Positions 47,095 to 60,012 of a stretch of DNA of 64,000 nucleotides are shown one piece after another; within the stretch, counting starts at the first letter, position 1; every line of letters starts with the position of its first letter. The stretch lies in assembly GCA_038087875.1 (NCBI GenBank), contig CM075989.1:2480001-2544000 (forward strand), written 5' to 3'. Source of the DNA: Malacoraja senta (Eukaryota). The position numbers and the translations under genes were made by a program. Under the pieces are notes generated by a model that had not been told where the DNA came from, searched no databases, and worked only from the letters and a program-made list of their open reading frames with translations.

Positions 47095-48812
47095 CTCTAG
47101 TTTCTACAGATTGTGTGTCTACCTTCTATACCAGCCCCAACGCTGAGCTTGGTGGACTTTGGTATTGGGTTTCCTGTGTGGAGCCAGTCAGAAGAGGTCT
47201 GGTGGTGCCGGGTTATGTGACGTATCTAGGACAGAACACAATGCCATGAATCTATCTGGAGTTGGGTTGGATTGGATGCGTCTTCTGATGCAACGTTTGG
47301 CATATGCTTGGATTGGGAAGGATGACACTCGGTATGCGTGGACGATCTACTCACAATTACCATCAGTTCCTCATCAATAGTTTCATGCTCCATGAAATGA
47401 AAGGCATGTTTGGGATTGTTACATTCATATAGGGTTGGGTATGGAAACATTATTAATTGTTGGATCTTATTGCGTCACAGAGACATAGAGGCATACAGCA
47501 CGGAAACAGGTCCTTTGGCCCAGCTTGCCTAAGGTGCCCCATCTACACTAGACCTTCCTGCCTGTCTTTGGCCCATATCCCTCCATAAACTTGGCCTGAT
47601 GGCCTTTAAATGCTATTATAGTTTCTGCCTCAACTACCTCCTTTGGCAGCTCATTGCAAGAGGTTGAGCAGGCTGGGACTCTACTCCTTGGAGCACAGGA
47701 GGATGAGGGGTGATCTTATAGAGGTGTACAAAATCATGAGAGGAATAGATCGGGTAGATACACAGTCATTTCTTTTAGGGGAATCGTGAACCAGCAGACA
47801 GAGGTTTCAGGTGAGGGGGGAAAGATTTAATAGTAACCTGAGGGGCAGTTCTCTACACAAAGGGTGGTAGGTGTATGGAACAAGCTGCCAGAGGAGGTAG
47901 TTGAGGCAGCCAATGGTCTGTTTCTATGCTGTATGCCTAAACTAAACGAAATACACACAAAATGAAAATAGAAAATGTTTCATGTACCTAGCAGGTCAGT
48001 CAGCCTCCGTGGAGCTGTTGATGTTTAAAGTCAATAGTCAGTCTACTTCAAATATTAATTCAGTTTCTCTCACCCCAGATGCTGTCTGATCTGCTGAACT
48101 TTTTCCAGCACTTGGTGTTTTGATTGATGGAGAGATGCAGCATGGAAACAGGCCCTTCGGCCCACTGAGTCCATGCTGATCATCAATTAAGGACTGCAGA
48201 ATATAGTTGATTCCCTGGTGCATTTGGACCAGTGCAGGTCATGTTAATGAGTGTTGCCTTTGCTGAGAGCTAAATATAATCCACATGCTCAGGAATATCT
48301 GCGTCAGATCTCTGATATATCTGAAGCGGAATAATTTCATTCCCCGATGATTCGATGGCTATTATTTAACGGCAAGACTGCCTTGAGGGTTAACTCCCTC
48401 TTCACTCAGGCACAAGGATTTCTCCACCAGACCCTGGAGAGTTGGATGTATGGGGACATATCTCAAATATCCCCTGTGGATCCATCACTCTCACTCACGG
48501 AACATGCTATGGTTTTATGGTCAACGTCGCAGTAGAACATTGAGAATAAACGGCATGCGTTGGGCAGCAAGCAGCAAGATGACCAAAGCTCACTGCCGAT
48601 TAATATGAAGCACACAAACAGACCTGCACAAGCATACACCATTAACTCCACAACCAGTATAACATGTGCATGCAAAATGTGCAGAAAGGAACTGCAGATG
48701 CTGGTACATGCCGAAGATAGACGCAAAGTGCCGGGGTAACTCAGCGGATCAGGCAGCATCTGTGGAGAAAACGGATGGGTGACGTTTCAACTTCAGTCAC
48801 TCAGACTTCAGT

Positions 48813-48840
48813 CTGATGAAGGGTCCCGACCTGAAACGTC
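48813..48840 (+). ncRNA. Minimal hammerhead ribozyme motif in a fold-back element (~48678-48907)
   Basis: CTGATGA-A-GGGT-CCCG-ACCT-GAAA-CG-TC, with a canonical GUC triplet. Confidence 0.7.
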
Positions 48841-49758
48841 ACCTATCTTGTTTCTCCACAGGTACTGCCTGACCCGCTGAGTTACTCCAGCACATTGCGT
48901 CTATCTTAATATCTGCATGCAATACACATACGCACATACACAGGCACACAGACACACTTATATATTACCCATACACACACTAACTGCACACACAGAGACA
49001 CAAGTACAAAGCATGTACATACTCCCACTCCCACTCACAAGCATACACACACGTGCTCATGCACCACATGCACTCCTGCACACACAGACACTCACATGCA
49101 TCCATACATCTTCATACACACACAATATCTTCCGTTGTCAAATAACTCATAAGTAATAGCAGCCCAGATATTACATACTAAAGCAATCTGAACACGAGCA
49201 ATCCCAATGATCCAATACAATCAGAGCTATTAAGTGCTGGAATGACCAGCGTATGTTTATCTGCAGTTACCTATTAATCGCTTTTAATATGCTGGTGAGT
49301 GAGAGATGTATTATTCAATCTAATAGGCCTCTGGTGTAAAGAGCCAGGAGCACAGCTCCACAGATTCACACTGTTGCAGTGAAAGCCACTGACTCATTTG
49401 GCCAACTTTCCTTTCCCTCCTAAAATGGGCTTCCCTGCAGAGACCGCTGGGATGTCCTGGCCCATCCAGGCTCAGACCAGTCCCTGGGCAGTGAGGCAAA
49501 GTGTTCTCTCATTCCAAGAGCAAGCTTCTGGTGTGTAGGAAGGAAATGCAGATGCTGGTTTACACTGAAGATAGACACCACATGCTGGAGTAACTCAGCG
49601 GGACAGGCAGCATCTCTGGAGAGAAGGAATGGGTGACATTTCGAGTCGAGACCCTTCTTCAGACTGAGAGTCAAGGGAGAGGGACACACAGGGATATGTA
49701 AGGGTAAGGGTGTGAAACCGGGAGATAAAAGGCGACGAAGATCAAGGAAAATGTAGAA

Positions 49759-52700
49759 TAGTCATAGTCATAGAGTGATACAATGTGGAAACAGGCCCTT
49801 CGGCCCAACTTGCCCACACTGGCCAACAATGTCCCAGCTACACTAGTCCCACTTGACTGCGCTTGGTCCATATCCCTCCAAACCTGTCCTATCCATGTAC
49901 CTGTCTAACTATTTCTTAAATGATGGGAAAGTCCCTGCCTCAACTACCTCGTCTGGCAGCTTGTTCCATACACCCACCACCCTTTGTGTGAAAAAGTTAC
50001 CCCTTGGAATCCTATTAAATCGTTTCCCCTTCACCTTGAACCTATGTTGTCTGGTGCTCGATTCCCCTACTCTGGGCAACAGACTCTGTGCATCTACCCA
50101 ATCTATTCCTCTCATGATTTTGTATAACTCCAGAAGATCTCTCCTCATCCTTCTGCGCTCCATGGAATTGAGACCCAGCCTACTCAACCTCTCCCTATAG
50201 CTCACATCCTCTAGTCCTGGCAACATCCTCATAAATCTTTTCTGAACCCTTTCAAGCGTGACAATTTCCTTCCTATAACATGTTGCCCAGAACTGAACAC
50301 AATATTCTATTGTAAATGCGGTCTCACCAACGTCTTATACAACTGCAAAATGACCTCCCAACTTCTATACTCAATATTCTGACTGGTGAAGGCCAATGTG
50401 CCAAAAGTCTTGTTGACCACCCTATCTACCTGCGACTCGACCTTCAAGGAATCATGCACCAGTACTCCTAGATCCCTCTGCTCTACAACACTACCCAGAG
50501 GCCTACCATTTACCATGTAGGTCCTGCCCTTGTTTGACGTCCAAAAATGCAACACCTCACACTTCTCTGTATTAAATTCCATCAACCATTCCTCCGCCCA
50601 CCTGGCCAATTGATCCAGATCCTGCTGCAATCGTTCACAACCATCTTCACTATCTGCAAAACCACTAAATTTTGTATCGTCAGCAAACTTGCTAATCTTG
50701 CCCTGTATGGTCTCATCCAAATCATTGATATAGATGACAAACAGTTACGGGCCCAGCACCGAACCCTGAGGCACACCACTAGTCACAGGCCTCCAGTCTG
50801 AGAAGCAATCTTCCACCATCACCCTCTGCTTCCTTCCATGGAGCCAATTTGCTATCCATTCAGCTATCTCTCCTTGGATCCCATGAGATCTAACTGTTCA
50901 GAGCAGCCTACCATGCGGCACCTTGTCGAACGCCTTACTGAAGTCCATGTACACAACATCTACAGCTCTGCCCTCATCGACCTTTTTGGTCACGTCTTCA
51001 AAAAAATCAATCAGATTTGTGAGACACGACCTCCCACGTACAAAACTATGGTGACCATCCCTAATCAGCCCTTGTCATCCAAATGTCTGTATATCCTATC
51101 CCTCAGAATACTCTCCAGTAACTTTCCAACTACAGATGTTAAGCTCACCGGCCTATAGTTCTCAGCATTTTCCCTGCAGCCCATCTTGAAAAGAGGTACA
51201 TTTGCCACCCTCCAGTCTTCCGGCACCTCTCCTGTATTTAAGGACAAATCGTAAATTTCAACCAGGGCTCCCGCAATTTCCTCTCTACTTTCCTTCAATG
51301 TATTTGGATATATCAGATCAGGCCCTGGAGATTTGTCTACCTTCAAACACGACAGTACCTTCCGTACTTCCTCGACAATAACCCTGACTGCTCTCAAGAC
51401 ACTTCCAGTGACTGCTCCAGTTTCCTCCGTCCTACTGACTTTCTCCTCGGTAAATACAGAGGAGAAATACTCATTTAGGACCTTGCCCATCTCCTGTGAC
51501 TCCACACCGAGGTGCCCGCTTCTATTCCTGAAAGGTCCTACTCTCTCTCTAGTTACCCTTTCCCCCCGTATTTATTTATAAAATCTTTTGGGATTGTCCT
51601 TAATGCAACCTGCCAGAGCTATCTCCTGGCCCCTTTTTGCCCTTTTGATTTCCTTTTTTAGTTTACTCCTAAAGGGCCTGTCCCACTGAGGCGAGTTTTT
51701 AGGCAACTGCCGGCGACTCGGTGCATGTAGTCTTCTCAGTCTCCCAAAGAGTCGTAGCGTTTTTTCTGGTCGCTGTTGGATTTTGAAATGTTCAAAACTT
51801 TTCGGCGACAGTCGGCAACCGTGGGCTTGTCGTAGCCTGTCTTCTCCTAACGAAGGTGCTGTCGTAGGTTGTCGCCAGGTGACGTTGGTTGTCGCCGGGT
51901 GCTGGCTTTGGTGAATTCCATTGCCGACTACCTACGTCTACCTACGTCAACTGGCGACAGGTACCGACGACTGAATTGTCTTCAGTTGTCGCCGACAGGG
52001 TCATTGCTTGTGGTATGTGGATGTCCTAACGGTCGCCGGTTGTCGGTAGCTTGCCGTAGCTTGATGTCGACTAGGTGGTAGGTTGTCGTATACATTGTCG
52101 TAGGGGGGTCCAGTCGACGGTTTTTCGTCGACCTGCTACGACTGTGACAGTCGCCTAAAAAATCGCTTAAGTGGAACAGGCCCTTTAGTTCCCAAAACTC
52201 CTCCAGGGATGCACTTTGTTCCAGCTGCCTATACCTGTCCTATGCATCCATCTTGTTTTTGACCAACGTCTGAATTTCCCTCGTCAGCCAAGCTTCCTTA
52301 CGTTTGCCTGCTTTGCCTTTCACTCTAACGGGGACGTACACATCCTGAGCTCTCTTCAGTACACTTTTAAAACATCCCACGGCCGATGTTCCTTTCCCCT
52401 CTAATAACCTGCTCCAGTCAACTTGAGCGAGACCTTCTCTCACACCCTCAAGGTTGGCCTTACCCCAGTTCAGCATTTTAACACATAGACCCGCTCCGTC
52501 CCTATCCATAACTATCTTAAACCTGATCGAACTGTGGTCACTGGTCCCAAAAAGCTCATCCACACACACGTCATTAACTTGCCCTTCCCCATTTCCCAAT
52601 ACTAGTGTTGCCCTCTCAGGTGTGGGGGCCTCCACATACTACTTAAGAAAACTCTCCTGAACACTTTTGAGGAATTGCACCCCAATCTAAACCCTTCACG

Positions 52701-53350
52701 CTATGATTTTCCCAGTCTATATTGGTAAAGTTAAAATCCCCATACTACAACAACCTTATTTGACCTGCAGCTGTCTGCAATCTCCCGGCACATTTGTTCT
52801 TCTAATTACCGTTGACTATTCGGGGGTCTGTAGTACACCCCCAACAAGGCGACCATCCCTTTCTTGTTCCTCAGCTCCACACATATAGCCTCACTAGACG
52901 AACTGTCCGTAATGTCACCTCTGAACACAGCCGTGACATCCTCCTTAACCAACAATGCAACCCCCCCCCCCCCTCCTCTTTATCCCTCACCCCTGTCTCT
53001 CCTGAAGCTCCTGTACCCCAGAACATTGAGCTGCCAGTCCTGCCCCTCCCTTAACCAGGTTTCAGTCACGGGTACAATGTCCCAGTCGCTCGTACCTATC
53101 CATGCCCTAAGCTCATCTGCCTTACCAATCAGGCCCCTTGCATTAAAATACGTGTAGTTTAAACCAACCCTCCTTCCTCGCTCTCTGCCTTTCACCTGCC
53201 TATTCTGTCCACTAACCTTTCCCACACCACCCTCCATACCAACGTCTAACCTCTCACGTGCCCCTGTCCTGCACGAGATCCCACCCCACCTGCCAATCTA
53301 ATTTAAACCTTCCCATGTAGCATCAGCAAACCTTCCCGCTAGGATGTTAG
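49759..53350 (-). mobile_element. CR1 LINE: end of ORF1 plus near-complete degenerate ORF2 (APE endonuclease + RT)
   Basis: NILAGRFA (ORF1 end), YFNARGL, VTETWL, SDH, KSPGPD, NYRPVSLTS, SKFADDTK, RVVGVWNKLP and (CTATGA)n tail. Multiple stops and frameshifts. Confidence 0.95.
51673..52184. mobile_element. Harbinger-like MITE (512 bp) inserted in CR1 ORF2
   Basis: AGGGCCTGTCCCACT...AGTGGAACAGGCCCT. Removing it plus one 3-bp flank restores the frame ...EEFWEL|RSKLKKEI. Confidence 0.9.
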
Positions 53351-54366
53351 ATCATTGTTAGCTCGGGGATAGTGGCAATGAAGCACACAAAGATAAAATG
53401 TAATCAGGAGGACAGTCCGACTAGTCGGCGAACTAGGATGGGGGAGGGATGGAGAGAGAGGGAAAACAAGGGCTACTTGAAATTAGTAAAGTCAATATTT
53501 ATACCGCTGGGCTGTAAGCTGCCCAAGTGAAATATGAGATGCTGTTCCTCCAATTTGCACTGGGTCTCATTCTGACAGTGAAGGAGGCCCAGGACTGAAA
53601 GGTCAGTGTGGGAATGGGAGGGGAAGGGGTAGCAACCAGGAGATCCTGTAGGTTTAGGCGGACTGAGCGCAGGTGTTTAGCGAGCTACTGATGCACACTC
53701 TCATCACACTGCCACTTCCAACCGATTCACAGAAACCTGTGCAAAAACCTTCTGTCAGAAAGGCAAGTGTTCAAATCCCACCACATGACTTTTAACGCAA
53801 TAAATCTGATAGTTTCTGGCAAAGAAAAGATCATAAGGAGAAATACCTCTTGGCCAATAAATCCCCTTCTGTTATGCCTGTCTCCTTTCACCCTCTTTGA
53901 ACAGGTCTATGAGTCTAACACGTCAGCTTCCATTGTGGAGCTCTGGCTGGTGATAGAAGCACGTGGTGTTGGTAAAACCACTGAGCAGTCGGAATATGAA
54001 AGCAGAGGTTTCTCAATCCCCAATGAGCTTGGGTAAAAAAAATATAGCTGGAAGTGCCTTTGAATTCACCTCAAAGAATCTAAGATGAAATATTCCCACA
54101 AAGGACCAGGCAGCCTTGTTCCTCAGCAAAAGGAGAATGATATTTGGTTAGTTCTCAGCACTTTGAACTCAGAGGATTTTAACTGTCCTCATACCTCATG
54201 GCAAGATAGGCTGCCCACAAGGTTTTTAATATGTTCTCCAGCCCTGCGGTACATTGCATTACGTGTGGCTACATTGCAGTTATTTCCTATTAAGAAAGAA
54301 GGGTGGTGAACCTGTGCAATTCATTGTCACAGAAGGCTGTGGAGACCAAGTCAATGGATAATTTTA

Positions 54367-54577
54367 AGTAAGTAAGTAAGTAAATTTTATTTATATAGCA
54401 CGTTTAAATCAACTCGCGTTGAAACCAAAGTGCTTTACATAGAAGAATTAATTAAGTTTCCGTACATCCATAGAAAAATTTAAAAAAAGAAAAATGACAC
54501 AACAGGTTATAGAATTCAACATGAACGTCCCCCCACAACAGAATCAACATTTTCCACTGTGGGGAAAGGCATCAGAA
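54367..54577 (-). mobile_element. L2-like 3' end inserted in a CR1 fragment
   Basis: Minus strand TGTAAAGCACTTTG...GTGCTATATAAATAAA followed by (TTAC)n, an L2-type 3' stem-loop and tail. Confidence 0.65.
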
Positions 54578-54883
54578 AGGCAGAGATAGATAGATTCTTG
54601 ATTAGTACAAGTGTGTCAGAGGTTATGGGGAGAAGGCAGGAGAATGGGGCTAAGAGGGAAAGGTAGATCAGCCATGATTGAATGGTGGAGTAGATGATGG
54701 GCCGAATGGCCTAGTTCTGCTCCAATCACTTATGGACTTTTGAAGAACTACTACCTAGAAATTGGATGGTTTAGCACTGAGAAACAAATGCTGAGGAACT
54801 GAGGAACAACGCAACTTTCAATTTTACCAAGAGTAAACAATGCTCGCAATCATCCCTGGATGAAATCATGCCAATCGCAAAGT

Positions 54884-55180
54884 ATAGAGATACAGCGCAG
54901 AAACAGGTCCTTCGGCCCAATAGGTCCGTGCCGACCAGCGATCCCCGCACACTAACATTATCCTACACACACCTGGGACAATTTACAATTTTACCGAATC
55001 CATTTAACCCACAAACCTGTACAACTTTGGATTTGTGGGAGGAGACAGGAGCACCTGGACAAAACCCTCGCAGGTCACTGGCAGAACGTACAAACTCCGT
55101 ACAGAGGGCACCCGTGGCCTGGATCTAACCCGGGTCTCTGGCGCAGTAAGGCAGCAACTCTACTGCAGCGCCACCGTGTC
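54884..55180 (-). mobile_element. HE1/V-SINE-type SINE
   Basis: Reverse-complement head, V domain and tail. Confidence 0.85.
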
Positions 55181-55746
55181 GCTCTGAAGTTGGTCCGAGC
55201 ATTTCTGGCCACAATTATACGCCAACATATCTCACCCTTCCCTCAGTGTGTGTGTGTGAGGTCATCACTTCACGCGCCACACACAACTTTCCTCATGCCA
55301 AAGGAGGTCAAACTGCCACGCTGTGCCCAGCAGGGAGGAGTCTCAGTGGAACTAGGAACACATTGTGTTAACAGTCATACAGCGTGGAAATAGGCCCTTC
55401 GGCCCAACTCTCTCTGCCAACCACTTCAAAGACGTACAGGTTTGTAGGTTAATTTGTTTGGCAAATGTAAAATTTGTTCCTCGTCTATGTAGGATAGTGT
55501 TAATATGCAGGGATTGCTGGTCGGCATGGACCTTGTGGGCCGAAAGGCTTGTTTCCGCACTATCTCTCTAAACTAAACTAAACCACAATGTCCCAGCTTG
55601 CCTAAGTGGAACTAGAACCTTGTTCTTTTTCTCAGTATTTAAAGGGATGCTCTGGTAATTGGCAAATGTCCTGACTTGAAGCTTCATGACCTGGTCGGGT
55701 GACGGAAGGAGGCACTGCACACATACAGGTTAGAAGAGTTACCCCT

Positions 55747-56064
55747 GTTTAGTTTAGTTTAGAGACATAGTGCAGAAACAGGCCCTTCGGCCCACCGGTT
55801 CCGCGCCGACCCGCGAGCCCCTCACATTAACACCATCCTACACCCATTAGGGACAATTTACACATACACCAAGCCAATTAATGTACAAACCTGTACGTCT
55901 TTGGAGTGTGGGAGGAAACTGAAGATCTCCGAGAAAATCCATGCGGTCATGGGGAGAAGGTACAAACTCCGTACAGGCAGCACTCACAGTCAGGATCGAA
56001 CCCGGGACTCTGGAGCTGTAAGTGCCGTAAGGCAGCAACTCTACCACTGCACCACCGTGCCGCC
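55747..56064 (-). mobile_element. HE1/V-SINE-type SINE, full length
   Basis: Reverse-complement A/B boxes, V domain and (CTAAA)n tail. Confidence 0.9.
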
Positions 56065-56789
56065 CTGCTGGAGAAGCACCTTGTAACAATGCTGGACTAT
56101 CATAACCCCTTAATGTACAACAACAAGCCTCTCCACACTTCAGTTATTAACACCGCATCGTGCACCAACAATGATTGGGGGATTCTAGACCTCGGATAAA
56201 CATCCCTCAGATACTGCTGCACAGATCCTCGTGCACTGATTATAACAGCAGTCACAACCTGCAGTGTAACGACAACATTCAGAACTTTTATCCCAGGAAG
56301 GAAACATCATATGCTTGAGGGCATAGCTATAAGCTGAGCGCTTAACAGAGATGAGCGAGCAAGTTTTACACAGAGGGTGGTGAGTGCCTGGAACGCTCTG
56401 TCGGGGTGGTGGTGGTGGAGGCAGATACGATAGTGATGTATAAGAGGCTTTTTGATAGGCACATGGATATGCAGGAAATGGAGGCATATGGATAATGTCC
56501 AGGTTGATAAGAGATGGTCTTGGCATTATGTTCGACAGAGAGATTGTGGGCCGAAGAGCCTGGTCTTATGCTGTACAGTACTATGTTCATCTCAACAAAT
56601 TAATTCCTGATCCAAATACACAAAGGCTCACTACAATTATTTTCAGTGGTCTGCAACTCACACTCTCATCCCTTGTGCTTTATTTTGTTTTGCTTCATGG
56701 TTTGGGGATTTCATACTCGGAGAAGGTAATTCCTGTCAGTCTCTCCTTACAATGACCTGCAGGACCTTCTCCAGGTTTGTATCTTCATA

Positions 56790-58000
56790 CGTTCATAAGT
56801 CCTAACAAGTCATAGGAGCAGAATTAGACCATTCAGCCACATTGAGTCTACTCCGCCATTCAATCACAGCTGATCTATCTTTGCTGCTCAACCCCAGTCA
56901 TCTGCCTTGTCCCAGAAACCCTTGACACCCTTGCTATTTAAGAATCTGACAATCTCTGCCTTAAAAATACCAAATGATCTGGCCTCCACAACCATCTGCA
57001 GCAACGAATTCCGCAGATTCACTGGCTGAAGAAATTCCTCCTCATTTCCTTTCTGAAGGTACGTCCTTTTATTCTGAGTTCGTTCCCTCTGGTCCAAGAC
57101 TCTCCCACCAGTGGAAACATCCTTTCCACTTCCAGACTATCCAGGCCTTTCACTGTTTGGTAAGTTTCAATGAGGTACCCCCTCATCCTTCTAAACTCTA
57201 GTGAGTACAGGCCCAGTGCCATCATACGCTCATCATATGTTAACAAGTCATCCCAGGATCATTCTCGTAAACCTCCAGTGCCAGCACATCCTTCCTCAGA
57301 TATGGGGCCCAGAACTGTTGACAATACTCCAAATGTGCTCTGACCAATGCCCTATAAAGCCTCAGCATTACATCCATGTTTTTATATCCTAGTCCTCTCA
57401 ACATAAATGCTGGCATTGCATTTGCCTTCCTTATTACTGATTCAACTTGCAAATTAACCTTTTGTGTATCCTGCACCAGTACTCCCAAGCCCCTTTACAC
57501 CTCTGACTACTGAATTCTCTCCCCATTTAGAAAATAGTCCACGCCTTTATTTCTACTACCAAAATGCATGACTCTACACTTTGCTACCATCTGCCACTTC
57601 TCTGCCCACTCTCCCAACCTGTCCAAGTCCTTCTGCAGATATCTTGCTTTCTCTACACTACCTGCCCCTCCACCTATCTTTGTATCATCCTCAAACTTGG
57701 CCACAAAACCTTCAATCCTCTCGTCAAATTCATTGATATACAACGTGAAGAGCAGCGGCCCCAGCACCGACCCTTGTGGAACTCCGCTAGTCACTGTCAG
57801 CCACCTAGAAAAAGCCCTCTTTATTCCCATTATTTGCCTTCTGCCATCCAGCCAACCTGCTATCACTGCTAGTGTCTTCCTTCTAATACCTCTCATCTTT
57901 TTTTAGCAACCTCATGTGCGACACCTCATCAAAGGCCTTCTGAAAATCCAAGTAAACAACATTCACCGACTCTCCTTCGTCTATCCTGCTATTAACTTCA
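56790..58000 (-). mobile_element. CR1 LINE 3' half (degenerate RT)
   Basis: VYLDFQKAFD, SGVPQGSVLGPLLFTLYIN, AKFEDDTK and LVRAHLEYC.QFWAP motifs. Confidence 0.93.
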
Positions 58001-58024
58001 AATTTCCGTGTCCCTTTGAATGAA

Positions 58025-58256
58025 GAAAGGAACTGCAATTGCTGGTATATACCGAAGATAAGACACAAAATGCTGGGGTAACTCAGCGGGTCAGGCAGCA
58101 TCTCGGGTGTAAAACGATGGGCGACGTTTTGGGTCAGGACTCTTCTTCAGACTCAACCTTGTCTGAAAAAGGGTCCCAACCCGAAATGTCACCTATACTT
58201 TTTCTCCAGAGATGCGGCCTAACCCGCTGAATTATCCCAGCATTTAGTGTCCATCT
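58025..58256. mobile_element. Fold-back Penelope-terminus element
   Basis: Inverted arms joined at the hammerhead cores. 14-bp TSD with one mismatch (58011-58024 / 58257-58270). Confidence 0.8.
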
Positions 58257-59002
58257 TCCCTTTGAGTGAATGTAGAAGCCATTGCCTGTAGCCTTTCCTC
58301 CCTGCACTGTGTGCAGAGGCAGTGTGCCTTTAAGGCATGGTGCATAGAAAACCCGGCCCACTGTATTCAACTGAATTGGACACATTTGGAAATATTGAGG
58401 CACTGTTTCTGTAAATCATTCTGGGTGTAAAACAACCTACTCTTACTTCAAATGTTTATTGGGGACACTGTGGCTCATTTAGGGGACCTACAAAATGCAA
58501 TGACTGCATCTTGCAGCAACAAGAGGTGAAATCCATTTTCTATCAAAACACCATTCACCTTGCAAACAGCCCTAATTCATCTATTGTACAGCGCTCCATG
58601 CATTATAGCCAATTCACCCTCACAGGATTCACAAATCACCACACATATTTGACATGTGGAATAAAATTTGCTTTCATGGAATTTATATGAAAAAGAACGT
58701 AAATAAATCAGTACAAGATGTTTCTAGATGCATGTGCGGATGATGTGGCTTTGCCTTACAGACATAGCCTGTTTTCTAGTAACATAACCCCCTTTAACAA
58801 GAGGGTTGCCTGTACACATGTTGCCTTCTCTGGGTGAGTTGATGCTTCCAACATTGCCGTCCTGACACTCTCATCATTGGTAACGCAGTACGTCCATCTC
58901 ACTCTCAGCGACCGGAGCCAGGCCCTCCGGTAGGCCCGGCTCTCCCACCGTGGACACCGAGAGGACCTGCACCGTAAGAGCGAGGAGGGCGCGAGCAACC
59001 GC

Positions 59003-59215
59003 CGAGAGTGAATCGGGGCATCGGAGAGCGAGAGGTGGCATCAGGGAACAAGAGGGGTCGTCCGAGAGTGAGGGGGGCCTTTGGTGAGCGAGAGGGGGCG
59101 TCAGGGAGCAAGAGGGGTCGTCAGAGAGTGAGGGGGGCCTTCGGTGAGCGAGAGGGGGCGTCAGGGAGCAAGAGGGGTCGTCAGAGAGTGAGAGGGGCCA
59201 TCAGTGAGCGAGGAG
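59003..59215. repeat. 60-bp minisatellite made of three related 20-bp subunits, about 3.5 copies
   Basis: 59041-59100, 59101-59160 and 59161-59210 are near-identical. Confidence 0.92.
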
Positions 59216-59492
59216 GACCACTGAGAATGGGAGGGGAGGAGTGGGAAGCCTGTACCACATGTGATGGCAGGTCGTAGATGGGACTGTTCGGTGAACGTTT
59301 GTAGCTTTGGTGGCACATGTGTACTGCCTAGGTGAGGTCTGCTACATGTTTTCACTGGGTTGTATGCACAGTACATGTGACAAGACGGTCACAGTGATTA
59401 CCATCTGCCTCCCCTCATTATTGTCTTCATTATTAAGCAGCAAGTAAGAATGTCTTAGTTCCGTTGTGGGTAGATGCGACAATTAAACACAC

Positions 59493-60012
59493 AATAGACA
59501 ATAGACAATAGATGCAGGAGTAGGCCATTCGGCCCTTCGACCCAGCACCGCCATTCACTGTGATCATGGCTGATCATCCCCAATCAGTACCCCGTTCCTG
59601 CCTTCTCCCCATATCCCCTGACTCCACTATTTTTAAGAGCCCTATCTAGCTCTCTCTTGAAAGCATCCAGAGATCCTGCCTCCACTGCCCTCTGAGGCAG
59701 AGAATTGCACAGACTCACCACTCTCTGTGAGAAAACGTGTTTCCTCATCTCCGTTCTAAATGGCTTACTCCTTATTCTTAAACTGTGGCCCCTGGTTCTG
59801 GACTCCCCCAACATCAGGAACATGTTTCCTGCCTCTAGTGTGTCCAAGCCCTTAACAATCTTATAAGTTTCAATGAGATATCCTCTCATCCTTCTAAACT
59901 CCAGAGTGTACAAGCCCAGCTGCTCCATTCTCTCAGCATATGACAGTCCCGCCATCCCGGGAATTAACCTTGTAAACCTACGCTGCACTCCCTCAATAGC
60001 AAGAATGTCCTT
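59493..60012 (-). mobile_element. CR1 LINE 3' fragment with an open C-terminal frame
   Basis: ORF 59584-59988 QRRFTRLIPGM.GLSY.ER...RVVSLCNSLP and (AATAGAC)n tail. Confidence 0.92.

Larger units (their letters stand above)
49532..53685 (-). mobile_element. Penelope-like 3' remnant (49532-49760 + 53348-53685) split by a CR1
   Basis: 53480-53685 encodes HLRSV...DLSVLGLLHCQNE...KLEEQHLIFHLGSLQPSGINIDF. 3' UTR sequence GTAGAATA|GATCATTG appears to join across the CR1. Confidence 0.75.
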
